Positions 45,060-55,244 of a stretch of 64,000 bases of DNA are shown here, one piece after another. Every line of letters starts with the position of its first letter. Positions within the stretch are counted from its first letter, which is position 1. The notes under the pieces were generated by a model that made no database searches, was not told where the DNA came from, and saw nothing but the letters and a program-made list of their open reading frames with translations. The position numbers and the translations under genes are program-made. Source of the DNA: Devosia sp. (GTDB lineage: Bacteria > Pseudomonadota > Alphaproteobacteria > Rhizobiales > Devosiaceae); the NCBI GenBank assembly GCA_046594305.1, contig JBKJTB010000368.1, forward strand, positions 3,317-67,316, in the 5' to 3' direction.

Positions 45060-48000
45060 TCAAGCCGAGCGGGCCAGATCCGACAGCAAACCAGCCGCCA
45101 CCGACAGCCGTGACACTGTCATTTCGCCGCTCGTCAGGCCGGTTACCGCCTCGACTACCCGGTCGATGGCTTCGAGGCGGGCCTGCCGCCAGGCGGCGAG
45201 CCGCGTGCCGATCTCGCCGCGGCCGAAGCCGAGGACGTCCACGGTCAGATCGCGCTGGGCGCGCATCAAGTTGGCGAGCGCCCGGTCGAGCGCCATGCGG
45301 TCGAAGCGGTCGGCGAGGACGATGCGGCCGCCGGCATCGATGACGCCGGCCAGGCCGAACAGATCAAGCACGCCGAAAAAGGCGGCGGCGGCGGCGCCGA
45401 TGGGACTCTTGGTGCGCTCGGCGACCAGCGCAATATCGGTGGCGTAGCTCAGGGCGCTCAGTTCGGCGATCCGCCGCGCCACGGCGTTGGGGGCGCCGCC
45501 GGCCATGAAGGCCTCGGCCCGCGCCGCGATGGCCTTGTCGAGGCCGGTGGGGACGAGGCTCGACACCAGTCCCGCCACGTCCGTCACGCCCTCGGCATAG
45601 CGCAGCACGAGGTCGCCCAGCGGCTGGGTGAAGTCGGCATTGCGCAGCAGCCACAGGGTTTCGCGTTCGAGCAGCACGGTGACATCGGCATAAAGGTCGA
45701 GCTGCGTTTTGCCGGCGATCTGGCCGTCGAGCGCATCGATCTCGGCATAGAGCCGCTCGAGCCCGTAGGCGTCGCGGGCGAGGCAGAAGGCGGCAGCGAC
45801 CTGGCCGGCGTCGGCGCTGGTCGCGGCCATCATCTTGATCACATAGGCCGGCCCGCCGCGGTTGATCATCTGGTTGGAAAGCACCGTCGCGATCACTTCA
45901 CGGCGCAGCCGGTGCGAGGTCACGGCATCGGGATAGCGGTCGGCGAGGAGCGGCGGGAAATAGCGGAACAATTCGTGCGCCAGATACGGATCGTCCGGCG
46001 CCTTGCCGGCCAGCAAATCGGCATAGAGCGAGTTCTTGGCATAGGCGAGGATCACTGCGATCTCGGGCCGGGTGAGACCCTTGCCGCCCGCGGCACGCGC
46101 GTTGAGCGCGGCGTCGTCGGGCAGGAACTCGACAGCCCGGCTCAACAGGCCGCGCTGCTCCAGCGTTTCGATCAGGGCGCGATGGTCGGGCAGGGCGCCG
46201 ATACCGGCACGCTCGGCCAACGACATGGTGAGGGGCTGGAGGTAATTGTTGCGGAGGCAGAGCTCGGCGACCTCGTCGGTCAGCACCGCGAGGAAGCGGT
46301 TGCGCTGGTCCATCTCCAGCTTGTCGGTCCGCATCACGGTATTCATCGCGATCTTGACGTTGACCTCGATGTCCGACGCGTTGACGCCCGCCGAATTGTC
46401 GATGGCGTCGGTGTCGATCTTGCCGCCTTCGAGCGCGTACTCGATGCGGCCGCGCTGCGTCACGCCGAGATTGGCGCCTTCGCCTACAACCTTGGCACGA
46501 ATGTCCTTGCCGGTGATGCGGATCGCGTCATTGGCCCGGTCGCCGGCGTCGGCATCGGTTTCGAGGCTCGAGCGCACATAGGTGCCGATACCGCCGAACC
46601 AGAGCAGATCCACTTCCGCCTTGAGGATGGCGAGGATCACATCCTGCGGCGTCACCGGCTCGTTGCCGAGCCCGAGTGCCCGCCGGGCCTCCTGGAACAG
46701 AGCGACGTTCTTGAGTGAGCGGGAGAAGACGCCGCCGCCCTTTGACAGCAGGCTCTTGTCGTAATCCTGCCAGCTCGAGCGCGGCAGGCCGAACAGGCGC
46801 TTCCGCTCTTCGAGGCTGACCAGCGGATCGGGATCGGGGTCGATGAAGATATCGCGATGGTCGAATGCCGCGACGAGCCGGATCTGCGGGCTCAGCAGCA
46901 TGCCGTTGCCGAACACGTCGCCACTCATGTCGCCGACGCCGACCACGGTGAACGGGGTCGTCTGAATATCGCGGTCGTTCTCGCGGAAGTGGCGCTTCAC
47001 CGCTTCCCAGGCGCCGCGCGCGGTGATGCCCATCTTCTTGTGGTCGTAGCCGTTGGAGCCGCCCGAGGCGAAGGCATCGCCGAGCCAGAAGCCGCGATCG
47101 ATGGCAATCGCATTGGCGGTGTCCGAGAATGTCGCGGTGCCCTTGTCGGCGGCCACCACGAGATAGGGGTCGTCAGCATCGCGGCGCCGCACATCGGGCG
47201 GCGGGATCACCATGTCGCCCTCGAGATTGTCGGTGACGTCGAGCAGGGTCTGGACGAAGATCTTGTAGCAGGCGGTGCCTTCGGCCTGCACCGTCTCGCG
47301 GTCGGCGCCCTTGGGCATCATGCGCGGCACGAACGCGCCCTTGGCGCCCACCGGGACGATGATGGCGTTCTTGACCTGCTGTGCTTTGACCAGCCCCAGC
47401 ACTTCGGTGCGGAAATCCTCTGGCCGGTCGCTCCAGCGCAGGCCACCACGGGCGATGGCGCCGAAGCGCAAATGCAGGCCCTCGACGCGCGGCGAATAGA
47501 CGAAGATTTCGCGATAGGGGCGCGGCTCCGGCATGCCCTCGATCTTCTGGCTGTCGAATTTTATGGCGAGCGCCGGTCGGCGTTGCCCAGCACCGTCGCG
47601 CTGGAAGGCATTGGTGCGGAGACCGGCATCCACAAGGTTGAGCACGCGGCGGATGATGCGGTCTTCGTCGAGCGACTGCGTCGCCTGCAGCGCCGTGGCG
47701 ATCGCCTCGCGGGCTTCGTTGGCACCGCGCTCGCGGTTGCCGGCAAAGCCCATATCGAGCTGTGTGTGGAACAGCGTTACAAGCGCCTTGGCGACGTCGC
47801 CGTGAAGGTTCATCACCTGCGCGAGGTAGGCGCGGCTCCAGGTCACGCCGATCTGCTTCAGATAGCGCACCAGCGCCCTGAGGATCGCCACATCGTACCA
47901 GGCGAGCCCCGCGCCCAGCACCAGCTGGTTGAGCCCGTCGCTTTCGCCCTCGGTCTGCCACACGGCGAGGATCGCGTCCTCGACGAGCGGTGCCCGCGCC

Positions 48001-49835
48001 GCGAACTCCTCGGGTTTTGCGCCGATGGCGTCGAGCACCATGTCGTGGATAAACACCTGCGCCGTGCCCGCGGGCTCGATCGTATAGGTGCGCTCGTCGA
48101 TGACGCGGAAGCCGAAATTTTCGAGCATCGGTACGCGGTCGCTCAGCGGAATGGGTTTGCCGCGGTGGTAGACCTTGAGGCCATACGCACCATCGCCGTC
48201 GCTGCGCTCCACCAGTTTTAGCGCAAGACTCGTCTCGCCCTCGAGCTTGTCGATGACGCCGATATCGGCGAGCGCCTGCTCGGCGCTGTTGCGCGATTGA
48301 TAGGCCGGCGAGAACGCCTCGAGCCAGGGCACCATGCCTTCGGTGTCGCGCGCCGCGATCTGCAGCCGGTCGCCGAACGTCAGGATCAGATCGGCGACTT
48401 TGGCTTCGAGCTCGTCGCGGCTCGGTCGCGGTGTACGCCCGCCATTGCGTCCGATGATGAAATGGACGCGGACCAGGTCGCCTTCGGGGAAATGCGGGTA
48501 GTAGGCGGAGACGCGCCCTTCATAGATCTTCGCGAGATAGTCGCCGATCTCAGCCCGCACCTCGGAGGTGTAGCGGTCACGCGGCACGAACACCATGATC
48601 GAGACGAAATTGTCGAAGCGGTCGATGCGCGGCAGCACGCGGACCCGCGGCCGGTCGGCCAGCGCCGCGATCTCCCGCGCGAACTCGAACAGTGTGTCCT
48701 GTCCAGCCTGGAACAGTTCGTCGCGTGGATAGGTGTCGAGCGCCGCCATCAATGATTTGCCGGCGTGGCTGGCGGGTTCGCGGCCCGACCGCCGCATCAC
48801 TTCGCTCACCTTGCGCCGGATCAGCGGCACTTCGGTGTGGGGTGTGGCGAGCGCCGCGGAAGTGAAGAGCCCGACGATCCGCAGTTCGCCCGAAACCTCG
48901 CCGCCCTCGCGGTAGAGTTTGACGCCGACATAGTCCATGTAGGCGCGGCGGTGGACGCGAGTGCGGACATTGGCCTTGGTGACCATGATCGGGTCGGGCT
49001 CGGCGAGCCAGGCCACGTGCTGGTCGGTCATCTCGACGTAGTCGGTGCCGGCGCGGAGGAAATGGAAGTCCTTGTCCTCGAGAATGCCGATGCCGGAGGT
49101 GACGAGCGGCTGCAGGCGCTTCGCCGAACCTTCGCCCTCGAGCCGGTACTCGCGCATGCCGAGGAAGGTGAAATTGTGCTCGGCCAGCCAGGCGAGGAAC
49201 TCCTTGGCTTCGCCGATGGCGGCGGTCGTCGTCTTGGGCGGGTTGAGCTTCCAGTCCTCGACCACCCGGCGCAGGCGCTCGACCATGGTCCGCCACGAGC
49301 GCGTGGCGCGGTAGACCTCGGTCAGCGTGCCGTCGATCTCGGCGAGCACGGCCTTGCGCAGTTTCGGGTCTTCGATCGCCTCGATCTGGACGATCAGCAG
49401 GCTCTCGTTGACCGACACGGGCGCCGCATCGTCGAGCAGCCGGTGCGATTCCGGGTCGAGATGCAGCACCGGGTGGCTCATGAACTTGATGACGCCACCC
49501 TTGGCGCGGATCGCCGCCAGCACCGAATCGACGATGAACGGCATGTCGGCTGAGAAAATCTCGATCAGTTCGGGATGGCCGGGATGCTCGGACGGAAAAT
49601 CGAAGATGACGTGGCTTTTGCCCTCGCGCTTGCCGAGCCGCGTATAGGTCTTGCGCAGCAACGACTCGAGCACGTCGGCCGAGGTGCCCTCGAGATCATC
49701 CGGATCGGTGGCATTGATCATCGCCAGCATGAAGCGGGCGAAGTTCGGCTCCGTTTCGCGGATTTCGTCGGCGCGGTCTGTAAGGCCGCGTTTGGTGTCG
49801 ATGATGGCGTCCACTGCCATGGCCCCCTTAACCAT
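45060..49835 (-). CDS. NAD-specific glutamate dehydrogenase (large, about 180 kDa class)
   Basis: Single 1591-aa ORF. Its length and internal catalytic-domain blocks (...VGAKGAFVP..., ...VAADKGTATFSD..., ...GGSNGYDHKKMGITARGAW...) are typical of large NAD-GDH. Confidence 0.92.
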   Translation of the reverse strand: MVKGAMAVDAIIDTKRGLTDRADEIRETEPNFARFMLAMINATDPDDLEGTSADVLESLLRKTYTRLGKREGKSHVIFDFPSEHPGHPELIEIFSADMPFIVDSVLAAIRAKGGVIKFMSHPVLHLDPESHRLLDDAAPVSVNESLLIVQIEAIEDPKLRKAVLAEIDGTLTEVYRATRSWRTMVERLRRVVEDWKLNPPKTTTAAIGEAKEFLAWLAEHNFTFLGMREYRLEGEGSAKRLQPLVTSGIGILEDKDFHFLRAGTDYVEMTDQHVAWLAEPDPIMVTKANVRTRVHRRAYMDYVGVKLYREGGEVSGELRIVGLFTSAALATPHTEVPLIRRKVSEVMRRSGREPASHAGKSLMAALDTYPRDELFQAGQDTLFEFAREIAALADRPRVRVLPRIDRFDNFVSIMVFVPRDRYTSEVRAEIGDYLAKIYEGRVSAYYPHFPEGDLVRVHFIIGRNGGRTPRPSRDELEAKVADLILTFGDRLQIAARDTEGMVPWLEAFSPAYQSRNSAEQALADIGVIDKLEGETSLALKLVERSDGDGAYGLKVYHRGKPIPLSDRVPMLENFGFRVIDERTYTIEPAGTAQVFIHDMVLDAIGAKPEEFAARAPLVEDAILAVWQTEGESDGLNQLVLGAGLAWYDVAILRALVRYLKQIGVTWSRAYLAQVMNLHGDVAKALVTLFHTQLDMGFAGNRERGANEAREAIATALQATQSLDEDRIIRRVLNLVDAGLRTNAFQRDGAGQRRPALAIKFDSQKIEGMPEPRPYREIFVYSPRVEGLHLRFGAIARGGLRWSDRPEDFRTEVLGLVKAQQVKNAIIVPVGAKGAFVPRMMPKGADRETVQAEGTACYKIFVQTLLDVTDNLEGDMVIPPPDVRRRDADDPYLVVAADKGTATFSDTANAIAIDRGFWLGDAFASGGSNGYDHKKMGITARGAWEAVKRHFRENDRDIQTTPFTVVGVGDMSGDVFGNGMLLSPQIRLVAAFDHRDIFIDPDPDPLVSLEERKRLFGLPRSSWQDYDKSLLSKGGGVFSRSLKNVALFQEARRALGLGNEPVTPQDVILAILKAEVDLLWFGGIGTYVRSSLETDADAGDRANDAIRITGKDIRAKVVGEGANLGVTQRGRIEYALEGGKIDTDAIDNSAGVNASDIEVNVKIAMNTVMRTDKLEMDQRNRFLAVLTDEVAELCLRNNYLQPLTMSLAERAGIGALPDHRALIETLEQRGLLSRAVEFLPDDAALNARAAGGKGLTRPEIAVILAYAKNSLYADLLAGKAPDDPYLAHELFRYFPPLLADRYPDAVTSHRLRREVIATVLSNQMINRGGPAYVIKMMAATSADAGQVAAAFCLARDAYGLERLYAEIDALDGQIAGKTQLDLYADVTVLLERETLWLLRNADFTQPLGDLVLRYAEGVTDVAGLVSSLVPTGLDKAIAARAEAFMAGGAPNAVARRIAELSALSYATDIALVAERTKSPIGAAAAAFFGVLDLFGLAGVIDAGGRIVLADRFDRMALDRALANLMRAQRDLTVDVLGFGRGEIGTRLAAWRQARLEAIDRVVEAVTGLTSGEMTVSRLSVAAGLLSDLARSA

Positions 49836-49931
49836 GACAAATCAGGCTGATGCCACAGTGCTGTGAACCTCCCCTATTGTCCACTGGCCGGTAAGACCTT
49901 CTAAGAAAAGAGGGGGCATAGTCCCCGCGCC

Positions 49932-51269
49932 ATGGACCACAATCCGCGTTCGGACCTGCGGAGCCTCCTCCGTTCCGGTCTCAGCAAGTCGCTGGTGTCG
50001 CTCGTCATCAAGGTGGCGACGGCCGGGTTGACCTATGGGATGTACGTCATCCTCTCCCGCGTTATGGGGGTCGTCGAATACGGCTATTTCGCCTTCGGGC
50101 TCAGCCTCGCCACCATCCTCGCCATCGGCGCCAATTACGGGCAGCAGACGGCGATCCTCCGCTACTGGCCCGAGGAAATGGTGGCCGGCCGGCCGCAAAA
50201 GGCGCTCGAAGCGCTGCGCTCGGGCGGCGCCGTCACCATCATCGCCGGGATCGGCATTTCACTGCTGCTGGCGGGCGCGAGCGCGGTTTCCGGCGGTTTT
50301 GGCCTCCCGGTGGGCCACCTTTACGCGGCCGCAACGCTGATCCTGCCGCTGGCGCTGGCCGAATATTGGAGCTCGGCGCTCAGGTCGCAGGGCTCGGTGT
50401 GGACCGCGCTCACCCCGCGCGACATCGTCTGGCGCCTCGGCCTGCCGCTGCTGGTCGTGGGGCTCTATTATGCCGGCGTCGGCCTCTCGGGCGCCGCGGC
50501 GCTGCTGCTGACCGCGGCCGTGCTCGGCCTGTCGCTCGCGCTGCAATACGTCCTCGCCCGCGCCCGCCGCTACGAGATCGCCGCCGGAACCGCCGGGCTC
50601 GGCCCCTATTGGCGCGAGCACGGCACGTCGAGCCGCTCGTTCTTTCTCGGTACGGTGCTCGACAGCGCCGCGCTCAATATCGACATCATCTTCGTCGGCC
50701 TGTTGGTGGCGCCAGCCGCCGCCGGCATCTATTTCAACGCCTTCCGCACGGCCGGCCTCCTCACTCTGTTCATGTTCGCCATCACGCTGGTCGTCGCGCC
50801 GATGGTGACGCAGCACTATCATGCGGGCGAATTGCGGAAGGCGCAGGCGATCACCGCACTCTGCGCCTGGGCCGGTTTCCTGTTCTCGCTCGCCGTGTTT
50901 GCCGGCTTTCTGCTGTTCGGCGAGCAGATCCTCGGCCTCTTCGGCGAGGGCCAGGAGCAGGGCAAGACCATTCTGATCCTGCTCTCGATCGGCCTCCTCT
51001 TCGACGCCGCCACCGGCCCGTCGCGGATCGTCCTGATGATGACGGGCCACGAGCGCCAATATGTGCGCATCTTCGGCTCGATCGTCGTCGCCGGCATGCT
51101 GGTGCAATTGGCCGTGATCCCGGTCTACGGGCTCCTCGGCGCCGCCATCGTCAACATGACGAGCCGCATCGCCGCGCAACTGGCCATCGCGTGGTTCGCC
51201 AACCGCAGGATTGGCCTAGATACGACGCTGTTGGGCGCGTTTCTGGTCAACCGAGTGGCAGACAAGTAA
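49932..51269 (+). CDS. oligosaccharide/polysaccharide flippase family protein (MOP/Wzx-like)
   Basis: 445 aa, about 12 TM; N-terminal ...KSLVSLVIKVATAGLTYGMYVILSRVMG..EYGYFAF... is typical of PST-family flippases. Confidence 0.75.
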   Translation: MDHNPRSDLRSLLRSGLSKSLVSLVIKVATAGLTYGMYVILSRVMGVVEYGYFAFGLSLATILAIGANYGQQTAILRYWPEEMVAGRPQKALEALRSGGAVTIIAGIGISLLLAGASAVSGGFGLPVGHLYAAATLILPLALAEYWSSALRSQGSVWTALTPRDIVWRLGLPLLVVGLYYAGVGLSGAAALLLTAAVLGLSLALQYVLARARRYEIAAGTAGLGPYWREHGTSSRSFFLGTVLDSAALNIDIIFVGLLVAPAAAGIYFNAFRTAGLLTLFMFAITLVVAPMVTQHYHAGELRKAQAITALCAWAGFLFSLAVFAGFLLFGEQILGLFGEGQEQGKTILILLSIGLLFDAATGPSRIVLMMTGHERQYVRIFGSIVVAGMLVQLAVIPVYGLLGAAIVNMTSRIAAQLAIAWFANRRIGLDTTLLGAFLVNRVADK

Positions 51270-51307
51270 CGGGCGTGTATTCTGGTCGGATACTTGGGGG
51301 CTGGATA

Positions 51308-51529
51308 TTGAGCAAGATTGTTAGAAATGAGCAGCACAAGCTCAAGGCAAACTTCTACAACGGTGTTGCCGTAGCGGCAGTGGGCATCGGCGGTCTGACG
51401 CAGGTGGCAAGTATGGTGCAGTCGGCCTCTTTCGCGCCCGCTGTCCCTTTCTTCGTCGTAATTTGCCTGTCTGCTGCATACATCCTACATATGGTGGGAC
51501 GGTCCGCCCTCAGGGAGCTTGAAGAATGA
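51308..51529 (+). CDS. small hypothetical membrane protein (2 TM)
   Basis: 73 aa from TTG 51308 (84 aa from GTG 51275). TM segments are NGVAVAAVGIGGLTQVASMV and AVPFFVVICLSAAYILHMV. The stop overlaps the next micro-ORF start (ATGA). The local sequence is A/T-enriched with mixed GC3. Confidence 0.45.
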   Translation: MSKIVRNEQHKLKANFYNGVAVAAVGIGGLTQVASMVQSASFAPAVPFFVVICLSAAYILHMVGRSALRELEE

Positions 51530-51675
51530 GCGATCTCATGTACTGGGCCTCGATGCTGCTTTGGCCAGCCGGCGTCGCGGTGCTGGTGTTGGCCGTGCAC
51601 CTGTCGACACGTAACGCGAAGTCCCCGACCGATCCTCAAGACATCGAGCGGCGCCACCACACCCCGGCCGAGTAG
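51526..51675 (+). CDS. small hypothetical membrane peptide (1 TM, 49 aa)
   Basis: MSDLMYWASMLLWPAGVAVLVLAVHLSTRNAKSPTDPQDIERRHHTPAE. It is below the 60-aa cutoff of the ORF track and is coupled by ATGA to the upstream ORF. It ends 2 nt before the convergent DUF2161 stop. Confidence 0.4.
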   Translation: MSDLMYWASMLLWPAGVAVLVLAVHLSTRNAKSPTDPQDIERRHHTPAE

Positions 51676-51677
51676 CC

Positions 51678-52337
51678 CTACCGGTCCGCTGCCGCGACCG
51701 CTGGCACCACGGCCGTCCTCCCCAGCGCCGTGAGCTGATACACCCCCGGCTTCACCCGCTCGAACCAGCCATAGACATTGCTCCGCAGAATCTTGCCGGC
51801 GTCGGGCGCCTGCACCTTCATGTCTCGCGGTCGCAATGGTCCGGCGCAGAGGGCCTCGGCGCAGAGCAGCGCCTGCTGGCGATAAGCCGTCATGATCGGC
51901 GTTCGCGTGCTGCCGCCCAGCGTCGGGTCGCCACGCCGGCGCTGATGCTCGCGCACCAGCCGCGAGCGGCGCTTGGGGTTGGTGCGCGGCATCGGCGTCA
52001 CAGCGTTCACGATGACACTGACCGCGCCCGAATCCGCCACGCCGAGCATGCCGATGCCGAGGCGGCGACACAAATCGCGATAGCGCTTGTCGGCCTCGCG
52101 GCCCCGGCCGGTGGGCGAAATGCGGGCAGCAATCCAGACTTCGTCGGAGATGGCGGCGCGGTCGATGGCCTGGAGGATCAGTTCGAGGTTGAAGCTCAGC
52201 TTCAATTCGCAGATCACCACCACCGGCGGGTCGGACGGGCTCAGCCCGACGAGATCGCAGCCGCCGATTTCGCCCTTCACCTCGTAGCCGGCGGCTTCGA
52301 TGAAGGCTTTGATCGGCAGATAAAGCGAGGTTTCCAT
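51678..52337 (-). CDS. DUF2161 family protein (putative PD-(D/E)XK-type nuclease fold)
   Basis: 219 aa from ATG 52337; METSLYLPIKAFIEAAGYEVKGEIGGCDLVGL...VVICELKLSFNLELILQAIDRAA.SDEVWIA matches my recollection of DUF2161. Confidence 0.65.
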   Translation of the reverse strand: METSLYLPIKAFIEAAGYEVKGEIGGCDLVGLSPSDPPVVVICELKLSFNLELILQAIDRAAISDEVWIAARISPTGRGREADKRYRDLCRRLGIGMLGVADSGAVSVIVNAVTPMPRTNPKRRSRLVREHQRRRGDPTLGGSTRTPIMTAYRQQALLCAEALCAGPLRPRDMKVQAPDAGKILRSNVYGWFERVKPGVYQLTALGRTAVVPAVAAADR

Positions 52338-52401
52338 GCGGGCAAGGCTAGCAACAGGCCGGTTAACGGCCGGTGGCGTCGGCCCGCGCCGTTCGGCCTG
52401 C

Positions 52402-52430
52402 TTGACCCGCGCCACCCGCCGGGCTTATGA
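52402..52430 (+). promoter_or_regulatory. putative sigma70-type promoter of leuC (TTGACC-N17-TTATGA)
   Basis: The -35/-10-like hexamers have a 17-nt spacer and lie about 45 nt upstream of leuC ATG 52475. Confidence 0.3.
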
Positions 52431-52474
52431 CCCCTTCTCCACAAAACCCCTAGCAAAACGGGACTTTCTGCCAA

Positions 52475-53884
52475 ATGGGCCGCACGCTGTACGACAAAAT
52501 CTGGGACGATCACCTGGTCGCGAACAACCCGGACGGCACGTCGCTCATTTATATCGACCGCCACCTCGTCCACGAAGTGACCAGCCCACAGGCCTTCGAA
52601 GGGCTGCGCATGAACAAGCGCAAGGTCCGGGCGCCCGAGCGCACGCTCGCCGTGGTCGATCACAACGTCCCCACGACAGATCGCTCGCTGCCCAATCCGG
52701 ACCCGGAAAGCGTCATCCAGATCGCGGCGCTGGCCGAGAATACGCGTGATTTCGGCATCGAATATTACGATGCCTTCGACAAGCGGCAGGGCATCGTCCA
52801 CATCGTCGGGCCGGAGCAGGGTTTTACGCTCCCCGGCATGACCATCGTCTGCGGTGACTCGCATACCTCGACGCACGGCGCCTTCGGTGCGCTGGCGCAT
52901 GGCATCGGCACGTCGGAAGTCGAGCACGTGCTCGCGACGCAGACGCTGATCCAGCAGAAGGCCAAGAACATGCTGGTGCGCGTCGACGGCGTGCTGCCGC
53001 CGCATGTCACGGCCAAGGACATCATCCTCGCCATCATCGGCGAGATCGGCACGGCCGGCGGCAATGGCCACGTCATCGAGTTCGCGGGCGAAGCCATCCG
53101 CGCGCTGTCGATGGAAGGCCGCATGACGGTGTGCAACATGACCATCGAAGGCGGCGCCCGCGCCGGCCTCATCGCGCCTGACGAGAAAACGTTCGAGTAC
53201 GTCAAGGGTCGCCCGCGCGCGCCAAAAGGCGAAGCATTCGACATGGCGCTCGACTATTGGAAGACGCTCAAATCGGACGAGGACGCGCATTACGACAAGA
53301 TCGTCGTTCTGGATGCCGCGAAACTGCCGCCGATCGTTTCCTGGGGCTCGTCGCCCGAGGACGTGATCTCGGTCACCGGTGTCGTGCCGAACCCGGACGA
53401 CATCGCCGACGAGAACAAGCGCACCAGCAAATGGCGCGCGCTCGACTATATGGGCCTGAAGCCGGGCACGCCGATCACCGACATCACCATCGAGCGCGTG
53501 TTCCTGGGCTCGTGCACCAATGGCCGCATCGAGGATCTCCGTGCAGCCGCCAAGGTTGTCGCGGGCAAGAAGGTCGCGGCAGGCGTCAATGCCATGGTCG
53601 TGCCGGGTTCGGGTCTGGTCAAGGAACAGGCGGAAGCCGAAGGCCTTCACACGATCTTCCTCGACGCGGGCTTTGAATGGCGCGAGCCGGGTTGCTCGAT
53701 GTGCCTCGCCATGAACGCCGACAAGCTGAAGCCGCAGGAACGCTGCGCCTCGACCAGCAACCGCAATTTCGAGGGCCGCCAGGGTTTTAAGGGCCGCACG
53801 CATCTGGTCTCGCCGCAGATGGCGGCAGCGGCGGCAATCGCTGGGCACTTCGTCGATATCCGCGAGTGGGTAGTGACGGACTAG
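52475..53884 (+). CDS. leuC: 3-isopropylmalate dehydratase large subunit
   Basis: [15 protein letters not shown]...[15 protein letters not shown]...[13 protein letters not shown]...[12 protein letters not shown]...; 469 aa. Confidence 0.95.
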   Translation: MGRTLYDKIWDDHLVANNPDGTSLIYIDRHLVHEVTSPQAFEGLRMNKRKVRAPERTLAVVDHNVPTTDRSLPNPDPESVIQIAALAENTRDFGIEYYDAFDKRQGIVHIVGPEQGFTLPGMTIVCGDSHTSTHGAFGALAHGIGTSEVEHVLATQTLIQQKAKNMLVRVDGVLPPHVTAKDIILAIIGEIGTAGGNGHVIEFAGEAIRALSMEGRMTVCNMTIEGGARAGLIAPDEKTFEYVKGRPRAPKGEAFDMALDYWKTLKSDEDAHYDKIVVLDAAKLPPIVSWGSSPEDVISVTGVVPNPDDIADENKRTSKWRALDYMGLKPGTPITDITIERVFLGSCTNGRIEDLRAAAKVVAGKKVAAGVNAMVVPGSGLVKEQAEAEGLHTIFLDAGFEWREPGCSMCLAMNADKLKPQERCASTSNRNFEGRQGFKGRTHLVSPQMAAAAAIAGHFVDIREWVVTD

Positions 53885-54343
53885 ATGAACGAGAAAGAAC
53901 TCGATCGTGTGCTGGGCGCTGCGCTCAGGAATGACGACGGGTTCCTCTCGTGGATGCTGGGTCGGGCAGGTTTAGATTCGACAGGCGTCAAGCGAGTTCT
54001 GCTGAGAGATGATTGGCCGTGGGGAGCCCCCAAGGGCGAACAGAAGATTTTTCGAGAAACAGACATCTTGGTCGTCTGCGAGAATGCTGAAGGGGTAAGA
54101 CTGGCCCTTCACATAGAAAACAAGGGTCCGCGCACTCTGTTTGGCGTCGATCAGGCCAGCGACTATCCGCGCCGCGCCCGCGCTTGGGCAGGTGTCGAGA
54201 AGTGGGGCCGCTATAGCACTTGGAAGTGCGTCCTCGTTGCGCCGAAAGCCTATGCAGCCAAGGCTCCTGAAGAGTGTTCCTACTTCGATGCACATGTGAC
54301 CTATGAGGAGGTTGCCGAAAGGCTGCCCGAGTTCGTCGCATGA
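53885..54343 (+). CDS. hypothetical protein with PD-(D/E)XK-like motif
   Basis: 152 aa. ATG immediately follows the leuC TAG with no spacer. ...RETDILVVCENAEGVRLALHIENKGP... fits D...E-x-K. GC is visibly lower than in leuC. Confidence 0.6.
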   Translation: MNEKELDRVLGAALRNDDGFLSWMLGRAGLDSTGVKRVLLRDDWPWGAPKGEQKIFRETDILVVCENAEGVRLALHIENKGPRTLFGVDQASDYPRRARAWAGVEKWGRYSTWKCVLVAPKAYAAKAPEECSYFDAHVTYEEVAERLPEFVA

Positions 54344-54771
54344 GCGCAAATCAATGGGCGGATCGCACCGCCCCCTCACTCGACGATTTCGAACAAATGG
54401 CGGCAGCGGCGTTCGCGTCGCTGCCGTCTGAATTTCGCGAGCTTGCCGGCAATGTGCCGTGCATGGTCTCCGAGTTTCCCGACGACGAGACGATGCGCGA
54501 GATGGAACTCGAAACCGAGTTCGACATCCTCGGCCTGTTTCGCGGCGTCGGCCTGCCGCAGGGCGGTGCGACGCCCTTCACCGGGCAACTGCCCAATCAG
54601 GTCTGGCTCTATCGCCGGCCCATCCTCGACTACTGGGCCGAGAGCGACGAGGGCGAGACTCTCGGGCAGATCATCACCCACGTCCTCGTCCACGAAATCG
54701 GCCACCATTTCGGCTTCTCCGACGACGACATGGAGGAGATCGAAGCGCAGGCGGCGCGCGAGGAGGGCTGA
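54340..54771 (+). CDS. metallopeptidase family protein (DUF1025, zincin-like HExxH)
   Basis: 143 aa; ...ITHVLVHEIGHHFGFSDDDMEEIE... is the DUF1025 signature. The start overlaps the upstream stop (ATGA). Confidence 0.8.
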   Translation: MSANQWADRTAPSLDDFEQMAAAAFASLPSEFRELAGNVPCMVSEFPDDETMREMELETEFDILGLFRGVGLPQGGATPFTGQLPNQVWLYRRPILDYWAESDEGETLGQIITHVLVHEIGHHFGFSDDDMEEIEAQAAREEG

Positions 54772-55244
54772 TGTCCCAGACCACGCAGGGCACGCTGCTG
54801 CTCGACACGCTCGGCATCGCCTACGAGCTGCATCCCTACGAGTACGACCCGGCCGCGCCGCGCATCGGCCTTCACGCCGCGGAGTCGCTCGGCATCGATC
54901 CGTCGCAAACCTTCAAGACGCTGATGGCCGAAGTCGACGGCAAACCGGTGTGCGTCGTCGTCCCGTCCGACATCGAAGTCTCGATGAAGAAGCTCGCCGC
55001 GACGTTTGGCGGCAAGGCGGCGGCGATGCTGAAGGTGCCCGATGCGGAGCGCCTTACCGGCTACAAGGTCGGCGGCATCGGGCCGTTCGGACAGAAGCGC
55101 AACGTGCCGACAGCGCTGGATGAAACCGCTGAGTTGTACGACCGTATTTACATCAATGCCGGGCAGCGCGGGCTGCTACTGTCGATCACGCCGGCAGACG
55201 CGATGAAGGCTGCCGAGATGAAGGTCGCCGACCTCGCAGCCTAG
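54771..55244 (+). CDS. ybaK: Cys-tRNA(Pro)/Cys-tRNA(Cys) deacylase YbaK
   Basis: 157 aa; ...FKTLMAEVDGKPVCVVVPSD.EVSMKKLA...TGYKVGGIGPFGQK... is the YbaK/EbsC pattern. The start overlaps the upstream stop. Confidence 0.8.
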   Translation: MSQTTQGTLLLDTLGIAYELHPYEYDPAAPRIGLHAAESLGIDPSQTFKTLMAEVDGKPVCVVVPSDIEVSMKKLAATFGGKAAAMLKVPDAERLTGYKVGGIGPFGQKRNVPTALDETAELYDRIYINAGQRGLLLSITPADAMKAAEMKVADLAA

